Assembly (NCBI GenBank): GCA_964550875.1
Contig: CAZKAS010000002.1
Location: 15,806 to 79,805, forward strand
Length of the DNA: 64,000 bases
Source of the DNA: an uncultured Muribaculaceae bacterium
Lineage (GTDB): Bacteria; Cyanobacteriota; Vampirovibrionia; Gastranaerophilales; Gastranaerophilaceae
Direction: 5' to 3'
The notes below the pieces were generated by a model. The model ran no database searches. It was not told where the DNA came from and saw only the letters and a program-made list of their open reading frames with translations. Numbering within the stretch: position 1 is the first letter of the stretch; every line of letters begins with the position of its first letter. The position numbers and the translations under genes are program-made. This document shows positions 50,819 through 59,196 of the stretch, in pieces.

Positions 50819-51129
50819 TCTCTTACACTTTCTTCCCCATTATAGGGTCATACACAGTATAGTTTTTTTTATATTGAATGTAAAGAGTTTTTTAAAAAAT
50901 AATATGAAATTAGTAGAAAAATTTTATCATTGCGGATAATTGTGCAATATGATAGAATTATCGAATGATATACGATTGTAATTATGATTTTGAAAAAAAC
51001 TTTTTAGTTGATAATTTTGTTGAAAAAACTTTAATTTTTACGGAAAACAGTTCTGATTTTTTGTCATACAAAACGACTTGTTTTTTTAAGAAAAAATTGA
51101 AGAATAATAATTTATCGGAGAAATATAAA

Positions 51130-52200
51130 ATGAGAGAATTTGGTCTTGTAAAATCTACAAATGAGCAGGCATATTTGTTTACGGTTGAGAACAAAAACGG
51201 TATGAGTGTTGATTTTTCAACGCTTGGTGCGACGATAGTTTCAATTCGAGTGAAGGATAAAAACGGGAATCTTGTCGATGTTGCGCAAGGCTATGGTTCA
51301 GCAGAATGTTATACTGATTATCCTGTAGGGCATGCAGGGGGTACGATAGGGCCGATTGCAAATAAAATTGATTATGGTACTTTTATTTTAAATGGACAAA
51401 AATACGAATTAGAGAAGAATAAAGATGGCGGTAGAACGCATTGTCATGGTGCGTCTGACGGAATTGACATTAAGAATTGGAATTATGAATTAATTGATAA
51501 TGGAGTAAAATTTACGTATTTGAAAAAAGACGGCGTAGGCGGACACCCTGCTAACATAGAATTTACTACAACATATAAATTAACTGACGATAACACAATA
51601 AAAATTATTTATAATGCTAAAACTGATAAAGATACAGTTATCAATCTTACTAATCACTCATATTTTAATCTTGACGGCGAGCAAAATGCTCAAGAGGGTG
51701 CAGTTTTGAATCATATTGTTCAACTTCCTGCGTCTACAAAATTCACGGTTTGCAACGAAGTTGCCGTTCCGACGGGAGAAATTAGAGAAACAAAAGGAAC
51801 TCCGTTTGATTTTAGTAAGGAAACAAAAATTTCTGATGTGATAGGACAAGACGATGAGCAACTGAAAATCGGAGCAGGATTTGACCAAAATTTTTGCATA
51901 GACGGTTATGATGGACAAAAATTGGTAGAGGTTGCAAAGGTAAAATCATCTGATACAGGCATTGTCCTAACGGTTGCGACAAATCTTCCCGGATTTCAGT
52001 TTTATACGGCAAACCATTTGGGGAAACCTGTTCAACCTCTCGGCAAATCTGGTAAACGTTATGAAAAACGTTCTGCATTGTGTGTAGAACCTCAATTTTT
52101 CCCAAATGCCATAAATACAGAAAATTTTGAAAAGCCGATTTTAAAGGCAGGAGAAATCTTTTGTCGGGAAATAGATTATAAATTTAGTGTAGAAAAGTAG
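51130..52200 (+). CDS. galM: Aldose 1-epimerase (galactose mutarotase)
   Basis: Family motifs NHSYFNL and ALCVEPQFFPNA. I prefer the Met at 51130 (GGAG RBS at ~51115) over the track start 50965, whose 55 extra residues are low-complexity. Confidence 0.88.
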   Translation: MREFGLVKSTNEQAYLFTVENKNGMSVDFSTLGATIVSIRVKDKNGNLVDVAQGYGSAECYTDYPVGHAGGTIGPIANKIDYGTFILNGQKYELEKNKDGGRTHCHGASDGIDIKNWNYELIDNGVKFTYLKKDGVGGHPANIEFTTTYKLTDDNTIKIIYNAKTDKDTVINLTNHSYFNLDGEQNAQEGAVLNHIVQLPASTKFTVCNEVAVPTGEIRETKGTPFDFSKETKISDVIGQDDEQLKIGAGFDQNFCIDGYDGQKLVEVAKVKSSDTGIVLTVATNLPGFQFYTANHLGKPVQPLGKSGKRYEKRSALCVEPQFFPNAINTENFEKPILKAGEIFCREIDYKFSVEK

Positions 52201-52275
52201 TTTTTATATTTTTTAATGCTAGAATAACAGTAAGGGCTTATTAGGTGTATTTTGCCCCAATGAGAAGGATTTTTT

Positions 52276-52656
52276 ATGAAAATAGCGGTTACTTATGAAG
52301 AAAACAGTGAACAAATTTTTCAACATTTTGGACATACAGAGGCTTTGAAAGTTTATAATGTTGAAGATAACAGAGTAGTTAGTACAGAAGTTTTATCAAC
52401 GGAAGGTCATGGACACAGTGTTATTGCTGATTTTTTGAACGATGTTGAGGCAAAAGTGTTAATTTGTGGCGGAATTGGACCTTGTGCAATTTCTGCTTTG
52501 CAAGAATACGGAATCGTTCTATGTGCAGGCATTACAGGTAGTGCAGATGAAGCGGTTGAAAAATTTTTGAGTGGTACTTTAGAATATCAAACAGGTGCAA
52601 ATTGCAATCATCATGGTGAAAATCATCATCACACTTGCGGAAGTTGTCATCATTAA
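52276..52656 (+). CDS. NifB/NifX-family (dinitrogenase FeMo-cofactor-binding-like) small protein with a His/Cys tail
   Basis: 126 aa with the family pattern MKIAVTYEENSEQIFQHFGHTEALKVY...VLICGGIGPCAISALQEYGI. The tail is NCNHHGENHHHTCGSCHH. Confidence 0.75.
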   Translation: MKIAVTYEENSEQIFQHFGHTEALKVYNVEDNRVVSTEVLSTEGHGHSVIADFLNDVEAKVLICGGIGPCAISALQEYGIVLCAGITGSADEAVEKFLSGTLEYQTGANCNHHGENHHHTCGSCHH

Positions 52657-52688
52657 TTAAAATTTTATATTCACTATAAGGAGAGGTT

Positions 52689-53720
52689 TTATTCCGAAGC
52701 CTCTCTTTTGTCTTGCTCTTCAAATTGTCTAATTAATTCTTTTAGTAAGAAATAATCATTTTTTTCTTTTGCGTCGTTAATTTCTTTCATTCTGCGAGTT
52801 GCACGTTCTTTTTTTATTTTGTCATTACATTTGTCAGGGTGATATTTTTTTGTTGCACTTCTATATAACTTCCTGAATTGAGAAGAAAGTTCCGTTGTTT
52901 TTTTTGTACCGATTTTATTATTTTTTGAAATGAATTTTTTAATATTGTCATATTCTTGTTCTGAAAGTCGTTCAAAACTGTTATTGTTTAGTATCAAATT
53001 AATCTGGTGAAAATTCATATTTTCTTCAAGACATTCTTTTATTAAGTTTTCACGACGTTTTTGTTGAATTTTTTCTCTTTCTTTTTGAAATTCCATTTCT
53101 TCAACGAAGGATAGTGTAGATTGGTTATTGTTTAATAAAATTTTATTAACTTGAGGAATTGTGCTTTCTTTTTCGTAACACTCTCGAATGATAGTTTGTC
53201 GTTTGTGATGATATTCATTAAATTTTTTTCTATAGAGTTCATCTTCATTGTTTGAGAGTATTTTGAACCCATTTTTCGTTAGTAGCTGATTTACGGCGTA
53301 GGTAGAAAGAGCATTTTTGATTGAATTTGTTATTATATTTTCTCTTGAAGGAAGAATTTTTTCTTTTTTTATTTTTTTGAAAATACCAATTCCAAAATAT
53401 CGAACACGACTAAGATAATCGTCATATTTCTCGGATTCTGCTTCGTCCATTCTACGAAAATTATTATTTATGATTTCTAAATTTGCATCAGTTCTGGATA
53501 ATCCTTGCAGTAAACAACCTGCAATAATTTTGTCCCGTACGCTTTTCCCGATATTGCAGTTGAATACGACATCATAACAATCTTGTTCCCCTTGCTGAAG
53601 TTCCTGTAGATTGTTTTCTTTTAAAACTTTATTCGTTTCAAATCCTGATAATCGAGAAATAAGACAGTTTTCAATTATTTCAAGTCTTTTTTCGTTTATG
53701 TTAATTTGTTCTTTGTTCAT
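52689..53720 (-). CDS. C-terminal J-domain protein with five internal repeats
   Basis: 343 aa. The HPD motif and helix II context (LYRSATKKYHPDKCND) sit in the last ~65 aa. The preceding region is five degenerate 50-65-aa repeats. Confidence 0.65.
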   Translation of the reverse strand: MNKEQININEKRLEIIENCLISRLSGFETNKVLKENNLQELQQGEQDCYDVVFNCNIGKSVRDKIIAGCLLQGLSRTDANLEIINNNFRRMDEAESEKYDDYLSRVRYFGIGIFKKIKKEKILPSRENIITNSIKNALSTYAVNQLLTKNGFKILSNNEDELYRKKFNEYHHKRQTIIRECYEKESTIPQVNKILLNNNQSTLSFVEEMEFQKEREKIQQKRRENLIKECLEENMNFHQINLILNNNSFERLSEQEYDNIKKFISKNNKIGTKKTTELSSQFRKLYRSATKKYHPDKCNDKIKKERATRRMKEINDAKEKNDYFLLKELIRQFEEQDKREASE

Positions 53721-53784
53721 AATATATAGCTTATATTTTAAAGGAAATTAACAATTTTGCCAAATTTTATAAATTTTTTGATAC

Positions 53785-53813
53785 AAAAAAGAGGTTCGTT
53801 TGAACCTCTTTTA
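53785..53813 (-). terminator. Intrinsic terminator of the SLH gene
   Basis: Stem aaaagaggttc / gaacctctttt with a gttt loop. The minus strand is followed by a T-run. Confidence 0.75.
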
Positions 53814-53830
53814 AAATTGGACTTTAGTTA

Positions 53831-55090
53831 TTAGTTTCTGAGTACTAAATCACTTAAGAGTTCAACATAAACAACATCACCAACTCGACCTTTGTATTGC
53901 AAACCCGGAGTGATTAAACCTGTTGCAAGACCGACGCCGGCACCGACAGGCAAGCCAACAGCAACACCTGTGCCATATTTGCCACTACCTGATGCAGCAG
54001 CAACACCAATACCACCACCAACAGCAGTACCACCGAGAGTGTAGGCAGCAACTTTACCGAAGGTTGCAGCTTTGGAAGGAGTTAAATCCTTAACTGTTTG
54101 AGCAGAGAAATCAATTTGTTCTCCATTAGGAAGAATTAATTGATTAATTTCTATACCGACTTTTGCATTTTTGTTGAATGCTTTTTGAGCAGTCATAGAG
54201 GAAACTTTTCCAATAAATTGAGAATTAGCAGGAATTAACATTCTTCCTTCTTCAGTGATAATGTCTTCTTGAGTGATAAATTTGATAGTGTTGCCATCAA
54301 CATATCTTTTTGATGCAAATTCTTCAGCAAATCTTATTTTGAGAACATTGCCTGCAAGAATAATTTTTCTAAAGTTAGTGAGTTTAACTTCATTACATTT
54401 TGCATCGGGAGATACATTTAGATGATCTATACCCATAACAGTTTCTTCAGCAACAAATTCTTTTTTAACACTATTAAGAGCATCACGCAACTTGTATAAT
54501 ATAACGGCGCATTCAGCTCTTGTTAAGAGTTTATTTGGCAAAAGAGTATCTTTGTCCGGATAATTAACGTAAACATTCATTCCTACGGCTTTAGCGTATC
54601 TTTCAACAGCCCAATCAGGAATATCATCTTTATCGGTAAAAACATCTAAAACTGAAGTGTCAATATAATCAACATCTTCTGTAATATGGCTGACAATAGA
54701 CTCAACTTCAGATTTTGAAATATTGTTCAAAGGTCTAAAAGTGTTGTCCCCATAGCCATAAATAAGACCAAGTCTTTGTGATTTTAAAATATCGTTGTAA
54801 GCCCAAAAATCTTCAGATACGTCAGAGAAAATATTATCATTTTCATTTGCGTTATCTCTGTGACCGAGCAATCTCAAAAGAGTAGTGTTAAAATCAGCTC
54901 TTGTCATAACTTCATCAGGATTAAAATGACCGTCTTCGGTGATACCCATGACACCACCATTAATTACGGTTAAGATTTCCTGAGCAGCCCAATGTTCAGC
55001 TGTAACATCAGCAAGTTGTTTAGCTTGCGCATATGAAGAACCGAAGAACATTAGGGAAAGAGCGATAAAAAATCCGAATATCTTTTTCAT
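53831..55090 (-). CDS. SLH-domain envelope protein with a Gly-zipper C-terminus
   Basis: 419 aa with a signal peptide (SYAQA). Three SLH repeats (TAEHWAAQEI...MTRADF, SEDFWAYNDI...ISKSEV, IPDWAVERYA...LTRAEC), a beta-rich middle part and a Gly-rich hydrophobic segment (GGTAVGGGIGVAAASGSGKYGTGVAVGLPVGAGVGLATG). Confidence 0.8.
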   Translation of the reverse strand: MKKIFGFFIALSLMFFGSSYAQAKQLADVTAEHWAAQEILTVINGGVMGITEDGHFNPDEVMTRADFNTTLLRLLGHRDNANENDNIFSDVSEDFWAYNDILKSQRLGLIYGYGDNTFRPLNNISKSEVESIVSHITEDVDYIDTSVLDVFTDKDDIPDWAVERYAKAVGMNVYVNYPDKDTLLPNKLLTRAECAVILYKLRDALNSVKKEFVAEETVMGIDHLNVSPDAKCNEVKLTNFRKIILAGNVLKIRFAEEFASKRYVDGNTIKFITQEDIITEEGRMLIPANSQFIGKVSSMTAQKAFNKNAKVGIEINQLILPNGEQIDFSAQTVKDLTPSKAATFGKVAAYTLGGTAVGGGIGVAAASGSGKYGTGVAVGLPVGAGVGLATGLITPGLQYKGRVGDVVYVELLSDLVLRN

Positions 55091-55227
55091 GAAAAATCTC
55101 CTTACTTATTCTGAGAGCATTATATATTAAAACAACTGATTAAACAAGTTTTTTGGGATTTTTTACAAAATTTAAAATGGAACAGATGAATATTAAAAAG
55201 ATAGGAAATAAAAAGAAAAGAAAAAAC

Positions 55228-55255
55228 TTGAAAAATTTTTTTTAGAGGGTAATAT
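55228..55255 (+). promoter_or_regulatory. Sigma-70-type promoter of tRNA-Lys
   Basis: TTGAAA (55228-55233), 16 nt, TAATAT (55250-55255), about 10 nt before the tRNA 5' end. Confidence 0.5.
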
Positions 55256-55265
55256 GGAGAGGTAA

Positions 55266-55338
<73 letters not shown>

Positions 55339-55345
55339 TACTTTA

Positions 55346-55373
55346 AAAAAGACCTCAAAAGAGGTCTTTTTTT
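55346..55373 (+). terminator. Intrinsic terminator after tRNA-Lys
   Basis: gacctc-aaaa-gaggtc followed by T7. Confidence 0.8.
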
Positions 55374-55490
55374 GTTGACTTAATTTTTGACTCGAACCGG
55401 TAATTTGCTCTCGAAGTCGCAAATTACGGAGTTCTGCCCTACGGGTATCCTGACTCGTATTGCTCACGTTGGTTCGCAAACGATTCAGGG

Positions 55491-55507
55491 GAGTCTCTCC
55501 AAGCCCA
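55491..55507 (+). repeat. Exact 17-nt duplicate of the tRNA-Lys 3' end
   Basis: gagtctctccaagccca is identical to 55322-55338 and is followed by a second, weaker hairpin plus T-run (55519-55546). Confidence 0.9.
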
Positions 55508-55629
55508 AATTTTTAAAAAGACCGGTTTTTAATCGGTATTTTTTATTGCTACGCAACGGTTTCAAGAGTTCGAGAAAATTCTTTTTCGATTAAAAAAGTT
55601 CTAAGATTATACACCAATCTCCAAACTTC

Positions 55630-55673
55630 AAAAAGACCTCAAAAGAGGTCTTTTTTTTGTTGACTTGATTTTT
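55630..55673 (+). repeat. Duplicate of the tRNA-Lys terminator plus flank module
   Basis: aaaaagacctcaaaagaggtc T8 gttgacttGattttt here, against 55346-55388 (T7, gttgacttAattttt). It is preceded by a degenerate acceptor-end relic (aatctccaaac) and a T-arm relic (agagttcgag at 55565-55574). Confidence 0.9.
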
Positions 55674-55759
55674 CGTGCATTATAATGCACGCTACAGACT
55701 ATTTGTGTTATTATGCAAATTGTGTTTTTAAGAGTTTTGTTTTAATCAATGATTTATAT

Positions 55760-56560
55760 TTATTCAAACGTAATAATGACGATTTTCGGTGTACAGTTAA
55801 ATCTCACAGGTAATATGCTTGTTCCTATCCCTTTTGTAGCAAATATTATATGTCCGTTTTCTTCAACTAATCCTGATGCGTACCTCTTTCCGTATTGTGA
55901 TGGTACAATCAGTGCTCCTATGAACGGTAAAAAAACCTGTCCTCCGTGTGTATGCCCTGCGATTGCTATATCAATGTTTTGCGGAATAAATGGAAAAATA
56001 TCAGGGTTATGTGTCATTAAAATTGTCGGTGATTGGGCATTTTTGAGCGTTTTGACTATATCCGCTTTGTTCTCCGTGAAGTCATTCGTTCCTGCAAGTG
56101 TAATGTTTTTTCCTTTTACGTTAATTTTTGTATTGGAATTATCTAAAATGGTTATATTTGCGCTTCTCAAAGTGTTTTTTACCTTATCTTCGTTAAGCCA
56201 AATATCGTGGTTCCCCATAATTGCATATACGCCTTTTTGTGATTTTAATTGCTTAAAATTATCGGAAATTTTCTTAAAAGGTAAAGTTTGTAGTTCTGAA
56301 ATTCCTTTGACATAATCTCCTACAAGCAGTATTAAATCTGCATTGGTTTCGTTTATGGGTTTGACTGCTTTTTGTAATCTTTTTTCATCTGTTTTTGCAA
56401 GATGAAAATCACCTGCTACCGCAATCTTTATCCCTTTTAATTTTACATTTTTGATTTACTATCAACAAATTTGGTTCTACAAAAAAATGACCATATAAAC
56501 AAAATTATACCAACCGCAAAAAGAAAATAAACAATTATTGATGTTTTATTCCTTTCCTTA
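55760..56560 (-). pseudogene. Membrane-anchored calcineurin-like metallophosphoesterase (YaeI/YkuE-like), frameshifted and lacking a start codon
   Basis: The track ORF (55760-56218) starts inside the conserved GNHD motif. The same frame extends upstream (KLKGIKIAVAGDFHLAK...LILLVGDYV...VYAIMGNHDIW) to a TAA at 56456-56458. The N-terminal TM segment (KTSIIVYFLFAVGIILFIWSFF) is in another frame ending at 56443-56445. The shift lies in an A5/T5 run (56448-56452). No ATG, GTG or TTG is available upstream. Confidence 0.65.
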
Positions 56561-56790
56561 AATACTTTCTCTAAAAATGAAAAGTTATGTAAAATAACCT
56601 CTTTTCCACTCTGCTTCGGGCGATTGTTTAAATGTATTATTAAGGTAAATATACGAATTGCAATTTGTTACTCTCGAAAATTATACATTTTTTAGAACCC
56701 TGTTGCAAGTTTATCATTGGACTTGAGCACTTTATCAATTTATTTTTTAAAATTTTATCCTCGTAATGGGGTTATTTTTTTTGAAATTTG

Positions 56791-56799
56791 TGTCATAAT
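56791..56799 (+). promoter_or_regulatory. Extended -10 promoter element (TGtCATAAT) for the candidate sRNA
   Basis: tgtcataat matches TGnTATAAT at 8 of 9 positions. It predicts a start ~7 nt downstream, at the first base of the closing stem (56806). Confidence 0.4.
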
Positions 56800-56805
56800 A
56801 TTATT

Positions 56806-56973
56806 GCCTCACTCGGGTATTTATTTTGTTCCTACATTATGATTAATCGGGAGAGTAAGCTTCTTATAAGTCATGCAGTATACCTGCCTCGTAGCAGGAA
56901 ACGGATTGGCTTAGGCACTCGCCCACCTGCGAGACTCGCAGGCAACAAAATCATGCTTGAGTGGGGCTTTTTT
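56806..56973 (+). ncRNA. ssrS: Candidate ~170-nt structured sRNA, 6S-RNA-like rod with a large central bubble
   Basis: Hand-folded helices: 806-814/959-967 (9 bp), 815-820/953-958 (6 bp including G-U), 823-830/944-951 (8 bp), 831-833/940-942, then a symmetric ~15 x 15-nt internal loop (834-848 / 925-939). Beyond the loop are 849-856/917-924, 857-860/909-912 and an apical region with hairpin 883-887/894-898. It ends in T6. The identity as 6S is unverified. Confidence 0.45.
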
Positions 56974-56979
56974 ATGTCT

Positions 56980-57018
56980 AAAATCAACAAAAACGAGGAC
57001 TTATATAAGTCCTCGTTT
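56980..57018 (-). terminator. Intrinsic terminator of glgA
   Basis: Stem aaacgaggactta / taagtcctcgttt. The minus strand is followed by TTTTGTTGATTTT. Confidence 0.7.
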
Positions 57019-57072
57019 AAAATAACACTATTTATATTCGTTTTGAAATGCTTTGTGTTGCAATAGAAAACA

Positions 57073-58524
57073 CTATTTGTTGCAAAGTTCTTTGTACATT
57101 TGATAGTATTCTCTTGCGCTCTTATCCCAAGAATAATCATAATTCATTGCTGAATTAATCATTGCATTTCTTGTATCTTTATTGTGGTAAACCCCAATTG
57201 CGCAATATATAGCCTGCATCATATCCCAAGAATCGTATCTCCAGAATTTGAAGCCGTTACTGTTATCCAAAGGATAGCCCACTATAGTGTTATCCAAGCC
57301 GCCTGTTGCTCGAACTATCGGTAGTGTTCCGTATTTTAATGCAACCAATTGGCTCAATCCGCAAGGTTCAAATTTTGACGGCATTAAGAACATATCCGCT
57401 CCTGCATATATTTTATTAGCCAATTTTCCGTTATATCCGACATAAACTCTGATATTATCCGATGTCTTGCAAAGCCAGTCAAGGTACTCTTCATAGCGCT
57501 TTTCTCCTGAACCCAAAATAATGAGTTGTGCGTCCATATTCCGAAGTTCTTGTTCCGCTGCATAAAATAGGTCTAATCCCTTTTGATCAACAAGTCTTGA
57601 TACAAATCCAATAACGGGTTTTTCCGGATAATAAGGGAGATTAAATTCTTTGCAAAGTTCTTTTTTACATTCTGCTTTACCTTTTTCAAAAGTTTTTGTT
57701 GTATAGTTTTTCGGAATTGTTTTATCTTTTGATGGGTCAAATACGCTGTAATCAATACCGTTTAGGATACCTCTGATTTTGCCCTGATTACAACGCAATG
57801 TATAATCCATTCCTTCTCCGTATTCGTTCGTCAAAATTTCTTCCGCATATTTCGGTGAAACGGCAACAATTCTGTCTGAATAGTTTACGGCTCCTTTTAA
57901 CCAATTTAAACTTCCAAAATGTTCACAGCCGTAACTGTGGAATACGTCACAAACATACATATTTGCAAAATTTAATATGTCATAATTGTATTGTCCTTGA
58001 TATGCTAAGTTATGAATTGAAAATACACATTTTGTATCTTTGTAAAATTCATCATATCTGTAACTGTTCTTTAAATAAATTGGAATCATCGCCGTATGCC
58101 AGTCATTAACATGGAATATATCCGGTCGATAACCTATTCTCTTTGCGTATTCTAAACAAGCAAGTGAAAAACATACAAAACGCTCTTGCTCATATCTGTG
58201 GTCTATGTTCTTCGGATAAACTTCATGTGTGCAACCAAAATATTTATAATTTTCTATAAAATAAACATCAATATCTGTATTTGGCAGTTTCGTCGTTCTT
58301 AACGTAAATGTATAAAGTGCATTTCCAAAACGAATTGACATCTCTGAACCCGGAACTTCCTTTATTCCGTATTTCTCCTGATCAATTGAACCGATAAACG
58401 GGGCAAAAATCTTGATGTTACAACCTAATTTGCGAAGCGCTTTCGGCATACTTCCCATTACGTCTGCCAAGCCTCCGACTTTTGTAAATGGTGCGATTTC
58501 AAATGTTGAAAATAAAATATTCAT
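57073..58524 (-). CDS. glgA: Glycogen synthase (ADP-glucose type)
   Basis: 483 aa. The N-terminus MNILFSTFEIAPFTKVGGLADV is the GlgA signature, and the C-terminal GT-B half contains PSKFEPCGLSQL. Confidence 0.95.
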   Translation of the reverse strand: MNILFSTFEIAPFTKVGGLADVMGSMPKALRKLGCNIKIFAPFIGSIDQEKYGIKEVPGSEMSIRFGNALYTFTLRTTKLPNTDIDVYFIENYKYFGCTHEVYPKNIDHRYEQERFVCFSLACLEYAKRIGYRPDIFHVNDWHTAMIPIYLKNSYRYDEFYKDTKCVFSIHNLAYQGQYNYDILNFANMYVCDVFHSYGCEHFGSLNWLKGAVNYSDRIVAVSPKYAEEILTNEYGEGMDYTLRCNQGKIRGILNGIDYSVFDPSKDKTIPKNYTTKTFEKGKAECKKELCKEFNLPYYPEKPVIGFVSRLVDQKGLDLFYAAEQELRNMDAQLIILGSGEKRYEEYLDWLCKTSDNIRVYVGYNGKLANKIYAGADMFLMPSKFEPCGLSQLVALKYGTLPIVRATGGLDNTIVGYPLDNSNGFKFWRYDSWDMMQAIYCAIGVYHNKDTRNAMINSAMNYDYSWDKSAREYYQMYKELCNK

Positions 58525-58532
58525 GCTGCCTC

Positions 58533-59153
58533 CTATTGTTGAGCCAAATATTGTAATGACATTTTTAAAATTTCTTCTGAATTAATCTTTTCTCCACAAG
58601 CAGAAATTGCATATTTGATTGCCGCTTCAATTTCCTCTCTCGAATATCCCAGTGAGAAAAGAACATTCTTTGCATCAATTGCGCATTCAGGTTCGTTCTG
58701 CGGAACATCTGCCGCTTCCGGAATTAAATAATCCTGACGAGCCAATAATTTATCCTTTAATTCTAAAACAATTTTTTGTGCTGATTTTTGACCTATTCCT
58801 TTTGCCCTCGACAATTCTCTGTAATTTTCATTAATTACTATCCCTATGAGTTCACTGACTGAAAATTCATTAATCATTGTTAATGCCGCTTTGACACCAA
58901 CTCCAGATACCGTCTGCAAAATCTCAAATAAATCTCGTTCTTCTTTATGCAAAAATCCGCATAAATCCATAGATTCCTCTCTATGAATTAATGAAACATA
59001 AACTTTAACATCACTGTTAATATCAGGCATTTCTGAAAGAGTTCTCTCTGTCGTTTTCGCAAGATAACCAATACCGCACGTTTCAACCGTTATTGAAATT
59101 CCCGTCGGCAAATTCTTCTTTGATGTTAATAAGCCTTTTATATAATCGTACAT
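58533..59153 (-). CDS. ruvA: Holliday junction DNA helicase subunit RuvA
   Basis: 206 aa with MYDYIKGLL...VETCGIGY, the HhH pair LQTVSGVGVKAAL / AKGIGQKSAQKI, and a C-terminal domain III. Confidence 0.93.
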   Translation of the reverse strand: MYDYIKGLLTSKKNLPTGISITVETCGIGYLAKTTERTLSEMPDINSDVKVYVSLIHREESMDLCGFLHKEERDLFEILQTVSGVGVKAALTMINEFSVSELIGIVINENYRELSRAKGIGQKSAQKIVLELKDKLLARQDYLIPEAADVPQNEPECAIDAKNVLFSLGYSREEIEAAIKYAISACGEKINSEEILKMSLQYLAQQ

Positions 59154-59196
59154 TTCAATTACAATAATAACCTATATTACGATTATTTTGCAAATC

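Noticed and set aside
55749-56315. 188-aa plus-strand ORF
   Set aside because: It lies antisense to clearly homologous metallophosphoesterase coding sequence. It is Cys/Phe/Ile-rich with no motif.
55339-56600. Integrated prophage, ICE or genomic island at tRNA-Lys
   Set aside because: The att-like repeats bracket only ~150-300 bp. There is no integrase, excisionase, phage or conjugation gene anywhere nearby. At most it is a scar.
56806-56973. Identity of the structured RNA as SRP (4.5S) RNA, tmRNA or RNase P RNA
   Set aside because: It lacks the SRP domain IV GGAA-tetraloop/AGCA motifs and the tmRNA tRNA-like ends. It is far too short for RNase P.
56788-57140. Track ORFs 56788-57066 (+) and 56871-57140 (-)
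   Set aside because: They overlap the structured RNA candidate and the glgA terminator. They have no RBS or protein-like composition.
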